From contig JANNXA010000040.1 of the NCBI GenBank assembly GCA_031409275.1, positions 160,001-224,000 of the forward strand: DNA of 64,000 nt, given 5' to 3'. The DNA comes from Planctomycetota bacterium. GTDB taxonomy: Bacteria > Planctomycetota > B15-G4 > SIAN01. The notes under the pieces were generated by a model. That model was not told the DNA's origin. It saw only the letters and a list, made by a program, of their open reading frames with translations, and searched no databases. Numbering within the stretch: position 1 is the stretch's first letter; the number at the start of each line of letters is the position of its first letter. The position numbers and the translations under genes are program-made. Of this stretch, positions 9,501-18,861 are shown one piece after another.

Positions 9501-11217
9501 GACGGCGGCGGTGGCGTGCGCCACGGCCACCTCGTCGTCGACGTGCGTCCTGCCGTTCGTCACGGTCCTGATGCCGACCTATCAAGAGGCCGCGCACCTC
9601 GACGCGACCCTCGAGAGCCTCCTGTCGCAGGACTACCCGCAAGATCGCTTCGAGATTGTCGTGATGGACGGCCGCTCGACCGATGGCACGCGCGAGAAAC
9701 TCGAGGCGTGGACACGCCGCGATTCGCGAGTGCGCTGGTTCGACAACCCCGGCGTGATCGTCTCGACCGCGCTCAACCTCGGGTTCCCCCATGCGCGCGG
9801 CGAGATCGTCGCGCGCGCGGACGGCCATTCGACCTACGCGCGCGACTACCTGCGTTGCGCGGTCGCCGCGTTTGCGCGCACCGGTGCCGATGTCGTCGGC
9901 GGGCCGATGGTGGCGTGCGACGACCTGTCGCCGTTCCAGTGCGCCGTCGCCGCAGCGCTGGCATCGCCGTTTGGCATGGGCGGCGCCGCGTTCCACTTCG
10001 AGGGACGCTGCGAGCCCGCCGAAGCGGTCTACCTCGGGGTCTATCGCAGCGATGCGCTGCTGCGCTTCGGTCCGTTCGACGAGCTGCTGGTGCGCGACGA
10101 AGATGACGAGTGGTTCGCGCGAGCGCGAGCGCGAGGCGCGAAGGTCTGGCTCGATGGCTCGATCCGCTCGCACTACGCGCCACGTCGCGACTTCGTGGCG
10201 CTGGCGCGCCAGTACTTCGGCTACGGCCGCTACAAGCCGGCGGCGTTGCGCCGCGTGGCCGGTAGCGCTCGGTGGCGCCACCTCGTCCCATCGGCGCTCG
10301 TCGCGGCGCTGCTGCTCCCGCTGCTGACGCCGTGGCCGTTGCTGGCGGCGCTGCCGGCAGCGACCTACGCCACGGCGTTGCTGGTGGCCAGCGCGCATGC
10401 GCGGCCGCGCGGCGCGCCATTCCTGCCGTCGTGGCTTCGACAGGCCACCGTCTTCGCCACCATGCACCTCGCCTACGGCGTCGGCTTCTTCGCCGGGCTC
10501 TTCCGCGATGCGCCGAGCGACTCGACGGCGACGCTGCGCTCGATCTACGCCGGCTATGCACGCGATCCCGCCAAAGCGAAGGCATGGAATGGCGCACGAC
10601 CGGGCCAGGCGGCCATCGTCCTGCAGCGCGACCGCGCGCTCGCGGCGGCTCTGCGCGAGCGCTTCGGGTCGCGCGTCGGCGAGTTGTCGATCCTCGACCT
10701 CGGTGCCGGCGATCGCGACCTCGGCGCCGCGCTCGCCGCCGTCGGCGCGCCACCTCGCCGCGTGGTCGCCTGCGACCTGCTGGCCGAACGGCTAGCGGCC
10801 AACCCGCGGGGCGATCGGGTCGCCGCCGACAGCCGCCGGCTCCCGTTCCGCGACGGCAGCTTCGACGTCGTCGTCCAATGCACGATGTTGTCGTCGGTGC
10901 GCGCCCATGCCGCGCGAAGGGTGATCGCCGACGAGATGGCGCGCGTCGCTCGCGCCGACGGCGTGATCCTCAGTTACGACGCACGGGCGGCGAACCCGTT
11001 CAATCGCCACGTCCGCCGCGTGACCCGCAGCGAACACTCGACGCTCTTCGCCGGTCGTCCCATCGAGTTCGTGCGACTGACGCCGCTGCCGCCCCTCGCG
11101 CGACGAGTGCCGCGGCTGTTCCGCTGGCTCTCGCGCGTGCCGTTCCTCTGCGTCTTCGATCTCGCCGTCGTCGGTGCCGCCCCGCGCGCACCGCTGGCCG
11201 GCGCCGGAGCCTCGTGA
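9487..11217 (+). CDS. GT2 (ExoA-like) glycosyltransferase fused to a class I SAM-dependent methyltransferase
   Basis: N-terminal MPTYQE..DGRSTD..RADGH..DEDDE; C-terminal ILDLGAG, LPFRDGSFDVV. Confidence 0.8.
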   Translation: MRAAETAAVACATATSSSTCVLPFVTVLMPTYQEAAHLDATLESLLSQDYPQDRFEIVVMDGRSTDGTREKLEAWTRRDSRVRWFDNPGVIVSTALNLGFPHARGEIVARADGHSTYARDYLRCAVAAFARTGADVVGGPMVACDDLSPFQCAVAAALASPFGMGGAAFHFEGRCEPAEAVYLGVYRSDALLRFGPFDELLVRDEDDEWFARARARGAKVWLDGSIRSHYAPRRDFVALARQYFGYGRYKPAALRRVAGSARWRHLVPSALVAALLLPLLTPWPLLAALPAATYATALLVASAHARPRGAPFLPSWLRQATVFATMHLAYGVGFFAGLFRDAPSDSTATLRSIYAGYARDPAKAKAWNGARPGQAAIVLQRDRALAAALRERFGSRVGELSILDLGAGDRDLGAALAAVGAPPRRVVACDLLAERLAANPRGDRVAADSRRLPFRDGSFDVVVQCTMLSSVRAHAARRVIADEMARVARADGVILSYDARAANPFNRHVRRVTRSEHSTLFAGRPIEFVRLTPLPPLARRVPRLFRWLSRVPFLCVFDLAVVGAAPRAPLAGAGAS

Positions 11218-12443
11218 TGTCGATCGCCATCGCCTCGCCCACCGCCGCCACCCCCGTCGCCCTGCCGGTGCAGCAGCCGGCAGTGACCGGTGGCACGATC
11301 CCGTTCCATCGCGCGGTCATCGACGAGAGCGACGTTGCCGCGGTGACTGCCGTGCTCCGCTCCGGATGGCTCACCACCGGCCCGCGCTGCCAGCAGTTCG
11401 AGCAGGAGCTCGCTCACGCGATGGGCCGCCGCCACGCGCTGCTGCTCAACTCGGCGACCTCGGCGCTGTTCCTGGCCTACAAGGCAGCCGGCGTCGGTCC
11501 GGGCGACGACGTGCTGGTGCCGGCGATCACCTTCATGGCCACCGCCGAGGTCGCGATCCACCTCGGGGCGCGGCCGGTCGTGGTCGACGTCGACCCCGAA
11601 ACACTGCTGCTCGATCTGCGCGACCTCGAGAAGAAGCTCACGCGGCGCGCGCGACTGGTGGCCCCCGTCCACTACGCCGGCCATCCATGCGCGATGGAAC
11701 CGCTGCGCGCCCTGGCGGCGGCGGAACGGCTCGCCATCGTCGAGGACGCCGCCCACTGCCTCACTGGACGCGAAGGGGCACGGCAACCGGGCGCCGGAAC
11801 GCTCGGCGCGGCGCTCTCCTTCTACGCGACGAAGGAACTCGCCGTCGGCGAAGGCGGCGCGCTGGTGAGCGACGACGACGGCGTGATCGAGCGGGCGCGC
11901 CGCTGGTCGCTGCACGGCATCAGCAGGCCGGCCCACGCGCGCATGCAGATTGGCGCGCGGGCGCTCTACGACGTCGAGGACGTCGGCTACAAGATGAACC
12001 TGCCCGACCTGCTCGCGGCGCTCGGCCGATCGCAGCTGCCACGCATGGAAGCGCAGCGCGAGCGGCGTGAGGCGATCGCGCGGCGCTACGACGCCGCGCT
12101 CGCCGGCGTGCCGGGCGTGAGGCCGCTGCCGGTGCGCCCCGGATTCGTCTCGGCGCGCCACCTCTACGTCGTGCGTGTCGACGCAACCGCGGCGGGCCTC
12201 GATCGCGACGCGCTCGCCGCCGATCTCGGCGCACAAGGCATCGGCACCAGCGTCCATTTCACGCCGCTGCACGAGATGACCGTCCTGCGCACGCTGTACG
12301 GAACACGTCCCGCGGATTGCCCAGTCGCGTCGAAGGCGGGCCGCGAGGTGCTGTCGCTGCCGATCTATCCGGGCTTGAGCGATGCGGAGTGCGATCACGT
12401 CGCCGCCACGCTGCGCTCCATCGTCGCCAGGCGGTCGCCTTGA
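11217..12443 (+). CDS. DegT/DnrJ/EryC1/StrS family PLP-dependent sugar aminotransferase
   Basis: SGWLTTGP, NSATSAL, PVHYAG, IVEDAAH, SFYATK..GEGG, GYKMNL. Confidence 0.92.
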   Translation: MSIAIASPTAATPVALPVQQPAVTGGTIPFHRAVIDESDVAAVTAVLRSGWLTTGPRCQQFEQELAHAMGRRHALLLNSATSALFLAYKAAGVGPGDDVLVPAITFMATAEVAIHLGARPVVVDVDPETLLLDLRDLEKKLTRRARLVAPVHYAGHPCAMEPLRALAAAERLAIVEDAAHCLTGREGARQPGAGTLGAALSFYATKELAVGEGGALVSDDDGVIERARRWSLHGISRPAHARMQIGARALYDVEDVGYKMNLPDLLAALGRSQLPRMEAQRERREAIARRYDAALAGVPGVRPLPVRPGFVSARHLYVVRVDATAAGLDRDALAADLGAQGIGTSVHFTPLHEMTVLRTLYGTRPADCPVASKAGREVLSLPIYPGLSDAECDHVAATLRSIVARRSP

Positions 12444-15064
12444 TGGAGCCGCTCGCCCCTATCGTCGCCGCTCGCCAACGGCGCCTCGAACAGGCGATGC
12501 GCCTGCTCGACGTGACGGTCGCCGCCCTCGCGCTGCTGCTCGCGGCGCCGCTGCTGCTGCTGCTGGCGGTGGCGGTGAAGGTCGGCTCGCGCGGTCCGGC
12601 GTTCTTCGCGCAGGAGCGCATCGGGCGCGGCGGCGCCCCCTTTCGCCTGTTCAAGCTGCGAACCATGGTGGTCGATGCCGAACGGCTCGGGCCGCGGGTC
12701 ACCGGCCGCGACGATCCGAGGATCACGCGCATCGGCCGTCTGCTGCGTCGCACCAAGCTCGACGAGTTGCCGCAGTTCTGGAACGTTCTCATCGGTGACA
12801 TGAGCCTGGTCGGCCCGCGACCCGAGGTGGCCGAGATGGTGGCGGCGGCGCAGGGAAGCTACGCCACGCTGCTGCGCGTGCGACCGGGCCTGCTGTCGGA
12901 AGCGACGCTCGCCTATCGCCACGAAGAGGAGCTGCTTCCGGCGCAGGGACGCGCCGACTTCTACGTGCGCGAGATCCTGCCCAAGAAGCTCGCCCTCGAC
13001 CTCGCCTGGCTCGAGCAGCGCAGTTTCGTCGGCGACCTCGAACTGCTGGCGCGCGCGGCGCTGCTGCTCACGCGGCTGCGGCGCGACGAACGGAAGCTGG
13101 CACTGCCGGGCGGCCATGCGCTGCGTCTCGCCTTCAAGCTCGCGCTCGACGGCGCGCTCGCGGCGGCGGCCTTCGCGATCGCGACGCTGCTGCGCTTCGA
13201 CGGCGCGCCGACCGGCGTCGATCGCGAACGGCTGCTGGCGTTGCTGCTGCCGCTGGCCGTGAGCACGGCCGTGATCGCGTTGCCGACCGGCAGCGCGCGC
13301 GCGATCTGGCGCTTCTTCGACACGGCGCAATTCGCGCGGCTCGCGCTGCTGCACCTGCCCGCGTTGCTGGCATTGGGTGCCTGGCGCGCGCGCCTGCCCG
13401 TCGAGCTGCAGCTCCTGCGCACGCCGTGGTCGGTGCTCACCCTCTCCTACTTGCTGGCACTGCTGTCAGGCGCGGCGCTGCGACGCCTCTGGAGCGCCGC
13501 CACGGCGCACGCGGAACGACGCGCGCGTCCACGATCCGCGCTGTCGGGCCGGATCGCGCTGGTCGGCGCCGGCCGCCACGCTCACGCGATCGTGCAAGAA
13601 CTCCAGCGCAGCGCGGGCGACGCGGTCGAGCTGCTGGCCTGCTTCGACGACGACGACGGCAAACGCGGATCGAGCGTCGCCGGCGTGCGCATCGTCGGCA
13701 CGCTCGCCGAAGCGCCGGCGTGGCTGGCGCGCGCTCGCCCCGACCACCTCTTGATCGCCATCGCCGAGCTGCCCGAGCGGAAGCTGCGGCCGCTCCTCGA
13801 TGCCGCGGCGCTGTGCGGCGCGGCGGTGAAGATCGTCCCGTCGCTCGTGGAAGGCAGCCACGTGCCGACCGGGCTGCTGCGCGACCTGTCGCTCGCCGAC
13901 CTGATCGGACGGCCACCGGTGCGCCTCGACCCTTCCGATCCGCAGATCGTCGGCGCCTGGCGCGGCCGCACGATCCTCGTCACGGGCGCCGCCGGCTCGA
14001 TCGGCTCCGAGCTCGTGCGTCAGCTGCTGGCGCTGGCTCCGCGTCGGCTGGTGCTGCTCGACAAGGACGAGAACGGTCTCTTCGAGCTTGGCCGCGAGCT
14101 CGACGATCTCGCCCCGACGCTGCCGCGCGAGCTGGCGGTGATGAACCTGTGCGATCGGCGCAACGTCGCGCGACTGCTGCGACGCGAGCGTCCCGAGGTC
14201 GTGCTCCACGCGGCGGCGCACAAGCACGTCCCGCTGATGGAAGAGAACGTCGTCGAGGCGGTCGCCAACAACGCGTTGGGGACGCGCAACTTCGCGCGCC
14301 TCGCGGCGGCGGCCGGAGTCGCCTCGTTCGTGCTGATCTCGACCGACAAGGCGGTGCGGCCGACTAGCGTGATGGGCGCGACCAAGCGCGCCGCCGAACT
14401 GGCGGTGCGCGAGATGAACGAGCGACCGGGCGTTCCGACGCGCTTCGTCGTCGTGCGCTTCGGCAACGTGCTGGCGAGTCGCGGCTCGGTCATCGAGACG
14501 TTCCTGCGCCAGCTGCAACGCGGCGATCCGCTGACGATCACGCATCCCGACGTCGAGCGCTTCTTCCTGTCGATCCCCGAAGCGGCGCAGCTGGTGCTGG
14601 TGGCCGGTTCGCTGCCGCGACCGCGCGGGCAGTACGTCCTGGAGATGGGGGCGCCGCGGCGCATCGTCGACGTCGCGCGCGACCTGGCGCGCCTGGCGGG
14701 CGGACCGCTGCCGCGGCTGCGCTTCATCGGCCTGCGGCCTGGGGAGAAGTTGACCGAGGAGCTGTCGGGGAGCGGCACGCTCGAACCGGTGCCGGAGCGC
14801 CCCGGACTGCTGGTCGACGCCGAAGCGGCGCCACCTGCGCATGAGGTGAATGAGCTCTATCGCGGATTGCGCCGCGCCGTGCGCCGCGGCGACGCCACCG
14901 CGGCGAGGCACGCGCTGGCGCACGCCCGCGTCGGACTCGCGGCGCCGCGGGCGCCCGTGGTCGAAGCGCGGACCGAACGAGCGGCGGCGCCCGACGCCCA
15001 TGCGTCAGGCGCCGTCGAGGTCACGCCGTCTCGCCGTCCTCGTGCAGTCCGACCTTGCGCTTGA
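12443..15064 (+). CDS. Fusion of a bacterial sugar (phosphoglycosyl) transferase and a CapD/PglF-type UDP-GlcNAc 4,6-dehydratase
   Basis: N-terminal FKLRTM..RRTKLDELPQFWNVLIGDMSLVGPRP; C-terminal TGAAGSIGSE, HAAAHKHVP, STDKAV, MGATK, RFGNVLASRGS, LRPGEKL. Confidence 0.88.
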   Translation: MEPLAPIVAARQRRLEQAMRLLDVTVAALALLLAAPLLLLLAVAVKVGSRGPAFFAQERIGRGGAPFRLFKLRTMVVDAERLGPRVTGRDDPRITRIGRLLRRTKLDELPQFWNVLIGDMSLVGPRPEVAEMVAAAQGSYATLLRVRPGLLSEATLAYRHEEELLPAQGRADFYVREILPKKLALDLAWLEQRSFVGDLELLARAALLLTRLRRDERKLALPGGHALRLAFKLALDGALAAAAFAIATLLRFDGAPTGVDRERLLALLLPLAVSTAVIALPTGSARAIWRFFDTAQFARLALLHLPALLALGAWRARLPVELQLLRTPWSVLTLSYLLALLSGAALRRLWSAATAHAERRARPRSALSGRIALVGAGRHAHAIVQELQRSAGDAVELLACFDDDDGKRGSSVAGVRIVGTLAEAPAWLARARPDHLLIAIAELPERKLRPLLDAAALCGAAVKIVPSLVEGSHVPTGLLRDLSLADLIGRPPVRLDPSDPQIVGAWRGRTILVTGAAGSIGSELVRQLLALAPRRLVLLDKDENGLFELGRELDDLAPTLPRELAVMNLCDRRNVARLLRRERPEVVLHAAAHKHVPLMEENVVEAVANNALGTRNFARLAAAAGVASFVLISTDKAVRPTSVMGATKRAAELAVREMNERPGVPTRFVVVRFGNVLASRGSVIETFLRQLQRGDPLTITHPDVERFFLSIPEAAQLVLVAGSLPRPRGQYVLEMGAPRRIVDVARDLARLAGGPLPRLRFIGLRPGEKLTEELSGSGTLEPVPERPGLLVDAEAAPPAHEVNELYRGLRRAVRRGDATAARHALAHARVGLAAPRAPVVEARTERAAAPDAHASGAVEVTPSRRPRAVRPCA

Positions 15065-15725
15065 ACTTGCACGATTCGACCAGCACGCACTCGCCGCAGC
15101 GCGGCGACTTCGCCTGGCAGATCTCCTCGCCGTGCTGGGTCAGCAGCAGCAAGTAGGCGTGCAGGTCCTCCGGGTCGATCAGCTTCTCGAGCACCTTGCG
15201 AGCGGCGCCGTCACTGTGCACGCGCTCGATCAGGCCGAGCCGCGTCAGCGTGCGCACCGCTCCCTGCGGCACCGGCAGCGCCGCCTCGGCTCCGGCCATC
15301 GCATGCAGCAGGACCTGGACGATGCCCTGATGGAGCACCGCGAGGTTCGACAGCAGTCGCTGGCGCGAGTCGGGCTGCATCTCGCGCAGGAACTCGAGCG
15401 ACGTGGCGTTGCGTTCCTTCCACAGCGCCGCGAGCAGGCCACGCAACTTCTCGACCTTGATGTCGAGATCCTTGTCGCCCAACTCCGCAAGAGCGCCCTT
15501 CAGCTCCGCCGGCGAGGAGACGCGGACCTCGTTCCAGTCCACGAACTCCTTCTGCAGGATGCGCAGCGCGCGCTGGGCCTTGCGGTAGTCCCAACCTTCG
15601 CGCAGCAGGAGGAAGACCGCGTGATCGAGAGTCGGCTCTTCCGGCAGGACGATGACCTTGCCGTAGGGCTTCTCGAGCGCACGCAGCACCTCCGAGAGCT
15701 TCGCTCTCGTGGCGGCCTCACTCAT
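15021..15725 (-). CDS. Endonuclease III/HhH-GPD-like protein with FCL [4Fe-4S] motif, catalytic residues apparently degenerate
   Basis: Start MSEAAT at 15725; FVDWNEVRVS; C-terminal C-x6-C-x2-C-x5-C (CQAKSPRCGECVLVESC). Confidence 0.7.
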   Translation of the reverse strand: MSEAATRAKLSEVLRALEKPYGKVIVLPEEPTLDHAVFLLLREGWDYRKAQRALRILQKEFVDWNEVRVSSPAELKGALAELGDKDLDIKVEKLRGLLAALWKERNATSLEFLREMQPDSRQRLLSNLAVLHQGIVQVLLHAMAGAEAALPVPQGAVRTLTRLGLIERVHSDGAARKVLEKLIDPEDLHAYLLLLTQHGEEICQAKSPRCGECVLVESCKFKRKVGLHEDGETA

Positions 15726-15738
15726 CAGGATCCCCCGC

Positions 15739-16062
15739 TCACTTCTTCTTCTTCGGGGCAGGGGCCGGCGCCGGCTTGGCCGCAGCCGCCGGAGTCGCCG
15801 GCTCGACCGGCTTGGCGTACACGCCATGCCGCTTGAAGAGCTGATGGACGGTCTTCGAGGGCTGCGCCCCCTTGCTCATCCAGTAGAGGGCGCGATCGGC
15901 CTTGATCGTCACCTTCTCCTTCTTCTGGTCCGTGATGGTGTCGTACGTGCCGATCTCTTCGATCGACTCGCCGTCACGCGCATTGCGCTTGTCCATGACC
16001 GCAATCCGCCACGTCGGGCGGTTGGTACGGCCAAAACGCTTCAGTCGAATGGAAACTGCCAA
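15739..16062 (-). CDS. rpsP: 30S ribosomal protein S16
   Basis: MAVSIRLKRFGR..RIAVMDKRNARDG..IEEIGTYD..YWMSKGAQPSKTV; TTG start; Ala/Pro/Lys tail. Confidence 0.97.
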   Translation of the reverse strand: MAVSIRLKRFGRTNRPTWRIAVMDKRNARDGESIEEIGTYDTITDQKKEKVTIKADRALYWMSKGAQPSKTVHQLFKRHGVYAKPVEPATPAAAAKPAPAPAPKKKK

Positions 16063-16086
16063 ATTCGTCTCCTGTGACGCCGCCGG

Positions 16087-17628
16087 TCAGCGGCGCTTGC
16101 GATTCTTCTTGCGGGCCTCTTTCTCGCGCTTGCGCGCCGCCCGCCGGCGCGCCTCGTCGTCTGGATCCTTGCTGACTGCTGCTTCCGAACCGCTGCTGCG
16201 CGACATCTTCGCGAGCAGTTCCTGCTGGCTGCGCAGGTCGCGCCCACCGCTGCCGGGCATCCCCTGCATCGCGCTGGCCATGTCCCCGCCGCCGCCGCTG
16301 AACATCTTGCCGAGCTTGCTCAGCATGCCGCCACCTTGGAAGCGCTTCATCATGTCGCGCATCTGCTCGTGCTGGCGGATCAGCTGATTCACCACCACGA
16401 TCTCGTTGCCCGAACCGCGGGCGACGCGACGGCGGCGGCCGGCGTCGAGCAGATCGGGACGGCGCCGCTCTTCCGGGGTCATCGAGAGGATGGCCGCCTC
16501 GACGCGGCCGAGCTCCTTCTCCTGCACTCCCGACTGTTCGAACGCCTGGCCGATCTGGCCCGGCATCATCTTCAAGATGCCCTTCAGCGGGCCCATCTTG
16601 CGGATCGCCCGCAGCTGGTTCAGGAAGTCGTCGAGGGTGAACTGCGCCTTCAGCAGGCGCTCGGCGGCCTCCTCGGCTTCGTCCTCGTCGAGGACCTCCT
16701 GCGCCTTCTCGACCAGGCTCACCACGTCGCCCATGCCGAGGATGCGCGACGCCATGCGATCGGCATGGAACTCGTCGAGGTCTTCGGGGCGCTCGCCGGT
16801 TCCCACGAACGCGATCGGTTTGCCGGTGACGTGCTTCACCGAGAGGGCGGCGCCGCCACGGGTGTCGCCGTCGAGCTTGGTGAGGATCACCGCGTCGAGG
16901 CGCAACTTGCCGTGGAACTCGCGCGCGCTGGCGTAAGCGTCCTGGCCCGCCATCGAGTCGCAGACGAGGTAGGTGGCGTTCGGCGCGGTGAGCTTCTCGA
17001 CGCGCGCCAGCTCGTCCATCAGCGGCCCGTCGATGTGCAGGCGGCCGGCCGTGTCGAGCAGGACGACGTCGTAGCCTTCCTTCTTGGCGCGGGCGACGGC
17101 GTTGGCGCAGATCTGCGGCGCGCGCTCCTCGTTGCCGGGCCCCTCTTCGGCGTAGACCGGCAGGTCGAGCGATTTGCCGAGCACCTGCAACTGCGTGATG
17201 GCGGCGGGTCGGCGCGTGTCGGCCGCGACCAGCAAAGGGCGACGGCCCTGGCGCTTCAGGCGCCGCGCGAGCTTCGCGGTGGTGGTCGTCTTTCCCGATC
17301 CCTGCAGACCCACCATCATCACGACGGCCGGCTGTCCGGCGATCAGCGGGATCTTCGGCGGCTCACCGCGCATCGTCTCGGTGAGCACGTCGGAGAAGAG
17401 CTTGATGATCTGCTCGGCCGGCTTGACCGAGGCGATCACTTCCTGCCCGACGGCACGCGCCGTCACCGTTTCGACGAGCGCGCGAGCGGCCTCGAAATGG
17501 ACGTCCGCTTCGAGGAGCGCCTTGCGGATCTCCTCGAGTCCATCACGGATGTTGTCGGCGGTGAGAAGGCGATCCTTCCCCCACTTGGAGAACACGCGCT
17601 GGAGGGCGTTGGAGAGCGACTCGAACAA
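16087..17628 (-). CDS. ffh: Signal recognition particle protein Ffh
   Basis: TTG start at 17628 (MFESLS) with GAGGA RBS; GLQGSGKTTT, DTAGR, TKLDGDTRGG, RILGMGD, M domain. Confidence 0.97.
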   Translation of the reverse strand: MFESLSNALQRVFSKWGKDRLLTADNIRDGLEEIRKALLEADVHFEAARALVETVTARAVGQEVIASVKPAEQIIKLFSDVLTETMRGEPPKIPLIAGQPAVVMMVGLQGSGKTTTTAKLARRLKRQGRRPLLVAADTRRPAAITQLQVLGKSLDLPVYAEEGPGNEERAPQICANAVARAKKEGYDVVLLDTAGRLHIDGPLMDELARVEKLTAPNATYLVCDSMAGQDAYASAREFHGKLRLDAVILTKLDGDTRGGAALSVKHVTGKPIAFVGTGERPEDLDEFHADRMASRILGMGDVVSLVEKAQEVLDEDEAEEAAERLLKAQFTLDDFLNQLRAIRKMGPLKGILKMMPGQIGQAFEQSGVQEKELGRVEAAILSMTPEERRRPDLLDAGRRRRVARGSGNEIVVVNQLIRQHEQMRDMMKRFQGGGMLSKLGKMFSGGGGDMASAMQGMPGSGGRDLRSQQELLAKMSRSSGSEAAVSKDPDDEARRRAARKREKEARKKNRKRR

Positions 17629-17780
17629 GCGGTCCTCGGAAGGCGGCAGGCGGCGCGGAAAAGGCGGGGGATGGTAGCGGGCTCTCCCGCGAGGGGGAAG
17701 GGAGCGCGCGCGCGACCGCCGCGAGCCGCCGCGGCTGGCCGCCCTTCTTTCACTTTGCACCGCCAAGTAGGATCGGCCGC

Positions 17781-18266
17781 ATGTGGACCCTCGCAGCCCT
17801 GCTCTTTCCCGCGCTGGCGCTGCCGCTCCTGCTGCAGTTCGCGGGTGCAGACCACCTGCCGTCGCTCCGGGTCCCAGCGCTCTGGCCGGTCGAGCTGTGG
17901 GTGATCGCGATCGCCGGCATCGTCGCCACCGGCGCGGGCGTCCTCGACTGGCGGTTCCATCGCGGCGGCCTCCGAACGGTGTCGCGCCCCGAGCGGCGCG
18001 CGGAGCTGATTGCGCTGGCGCTCGGCGCGCTCCTCTTCGTCCTGCTCGCCGCGGCCTCCGCCGGCGAGCCGCGTCCCGCCCTGGCCGTCCCGGTCGTCGC
18101 CATCGCCCTGACCACCGCCGGATTCATCGTGTTCGACGAGACGCGCTACCACCAACGCTGCGGGCGTTACGAGACGCTCCTCCACCGTCTCCTGGTCGGC
18201 GGCAACACGCTGGCGTTCCTCGCCTGGTTCCACTGGTGCTTCGTCCGAGTGGGCGCGCTTGCCTGA
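17781..18266 (+). CDS. Small integral membrane protein with conserved-looking His/Asp/Glu residues (DWRFH, FDETRYH, ETLLH)
   Basis: About 5 TM helices; first gene of an overlapping operon. Confidence 0.6.
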   Translation: MWTLAALLFPALALPLLLQFAGADHLPSLRVPALWPVELWVIAIAGIVATGAGVLDWRFHRGGLRTVSRPERRAELIALALGALLFVLLAAASAGEPRPALAVPVVAIALTTAGFIVFDETRYHQRCGRYETLLHRLLVGGNTLAFLAWFHWCFVRVGALA

Positions 18267-18861
18267 CGCGCGGTCGCTGCTGGTGGAGGCGGCGCGCTGG
18301 TACGACGAGCCGCGCCACGGGCTCGCGGCTGCCGCCAAGGGTGCCGCACGCGGGGGCTTCGCCAGCGGCGCCGAATGGATGCGCTTCGCGCTGGGAGCGA
18401 TCCGCGGGGCGCCACCGACTGGCGCCGCGCGCTTCCATCGCCTCGGGTTCGCCAAGTACGCGCTCTCGGCGGCCGCGGCGCTCGGAGCACTTTCCGCCGC
18501 GAGCTTCACGCGGATCGCCCTGCCGCAGTCGCGGCCGCTCGCCACCGTTCTGCTGCTGCTGCCGTTCGCGATCGTCGCGTTCTACGCGGTCGAGAGTCGC
18601 TTCGTCTTCGCCTTCCCGTGCGCGCTCGATGGCCATCGCGCGCCGTTGCGTGAGAGTGCTGCGATGGTGGCGCGCTCGATGGCGCCGCTCGCCGCGATCG
18701 CGACCGTGATGCGGATCGCGGCCGCAATGGTCGGCGGCGGAGTGGTCGGCCGCGGCTTCCTGCGCAGCTGGAGCATCGGCTGCCTCGCCGTGCTGCTCTG
18801 GTACGAGCAGGCGCGCCGCGTGGCAGCGAGCGCTGCGAGCGGCGGCGCGGTGTCGTCGTGA
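18259..18861 (+). CDS. Hypothetical membrane protein
   Basis: Hydrophobic ORF (FYAVESRFVFAFP) overlapping both neighbours. Confidence 0.55.
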   Translation: MPDARSLLVEAARWYDEPRHGLAAAAKGAARGGFASGAEWMRFALGAIRGAPPTGAARFHRLGFAKYALSAAAALGALSAASFTRIALPQSRPLATVLLLLPFAIVAFYAVESRFVFAFPCALDGHRAPLRESAAMVARSMAPLAAIATVMRIAAAMVGGGVVGRGFLRSWSIGCLAVLLWYEQARRVAASAASGGAVSS

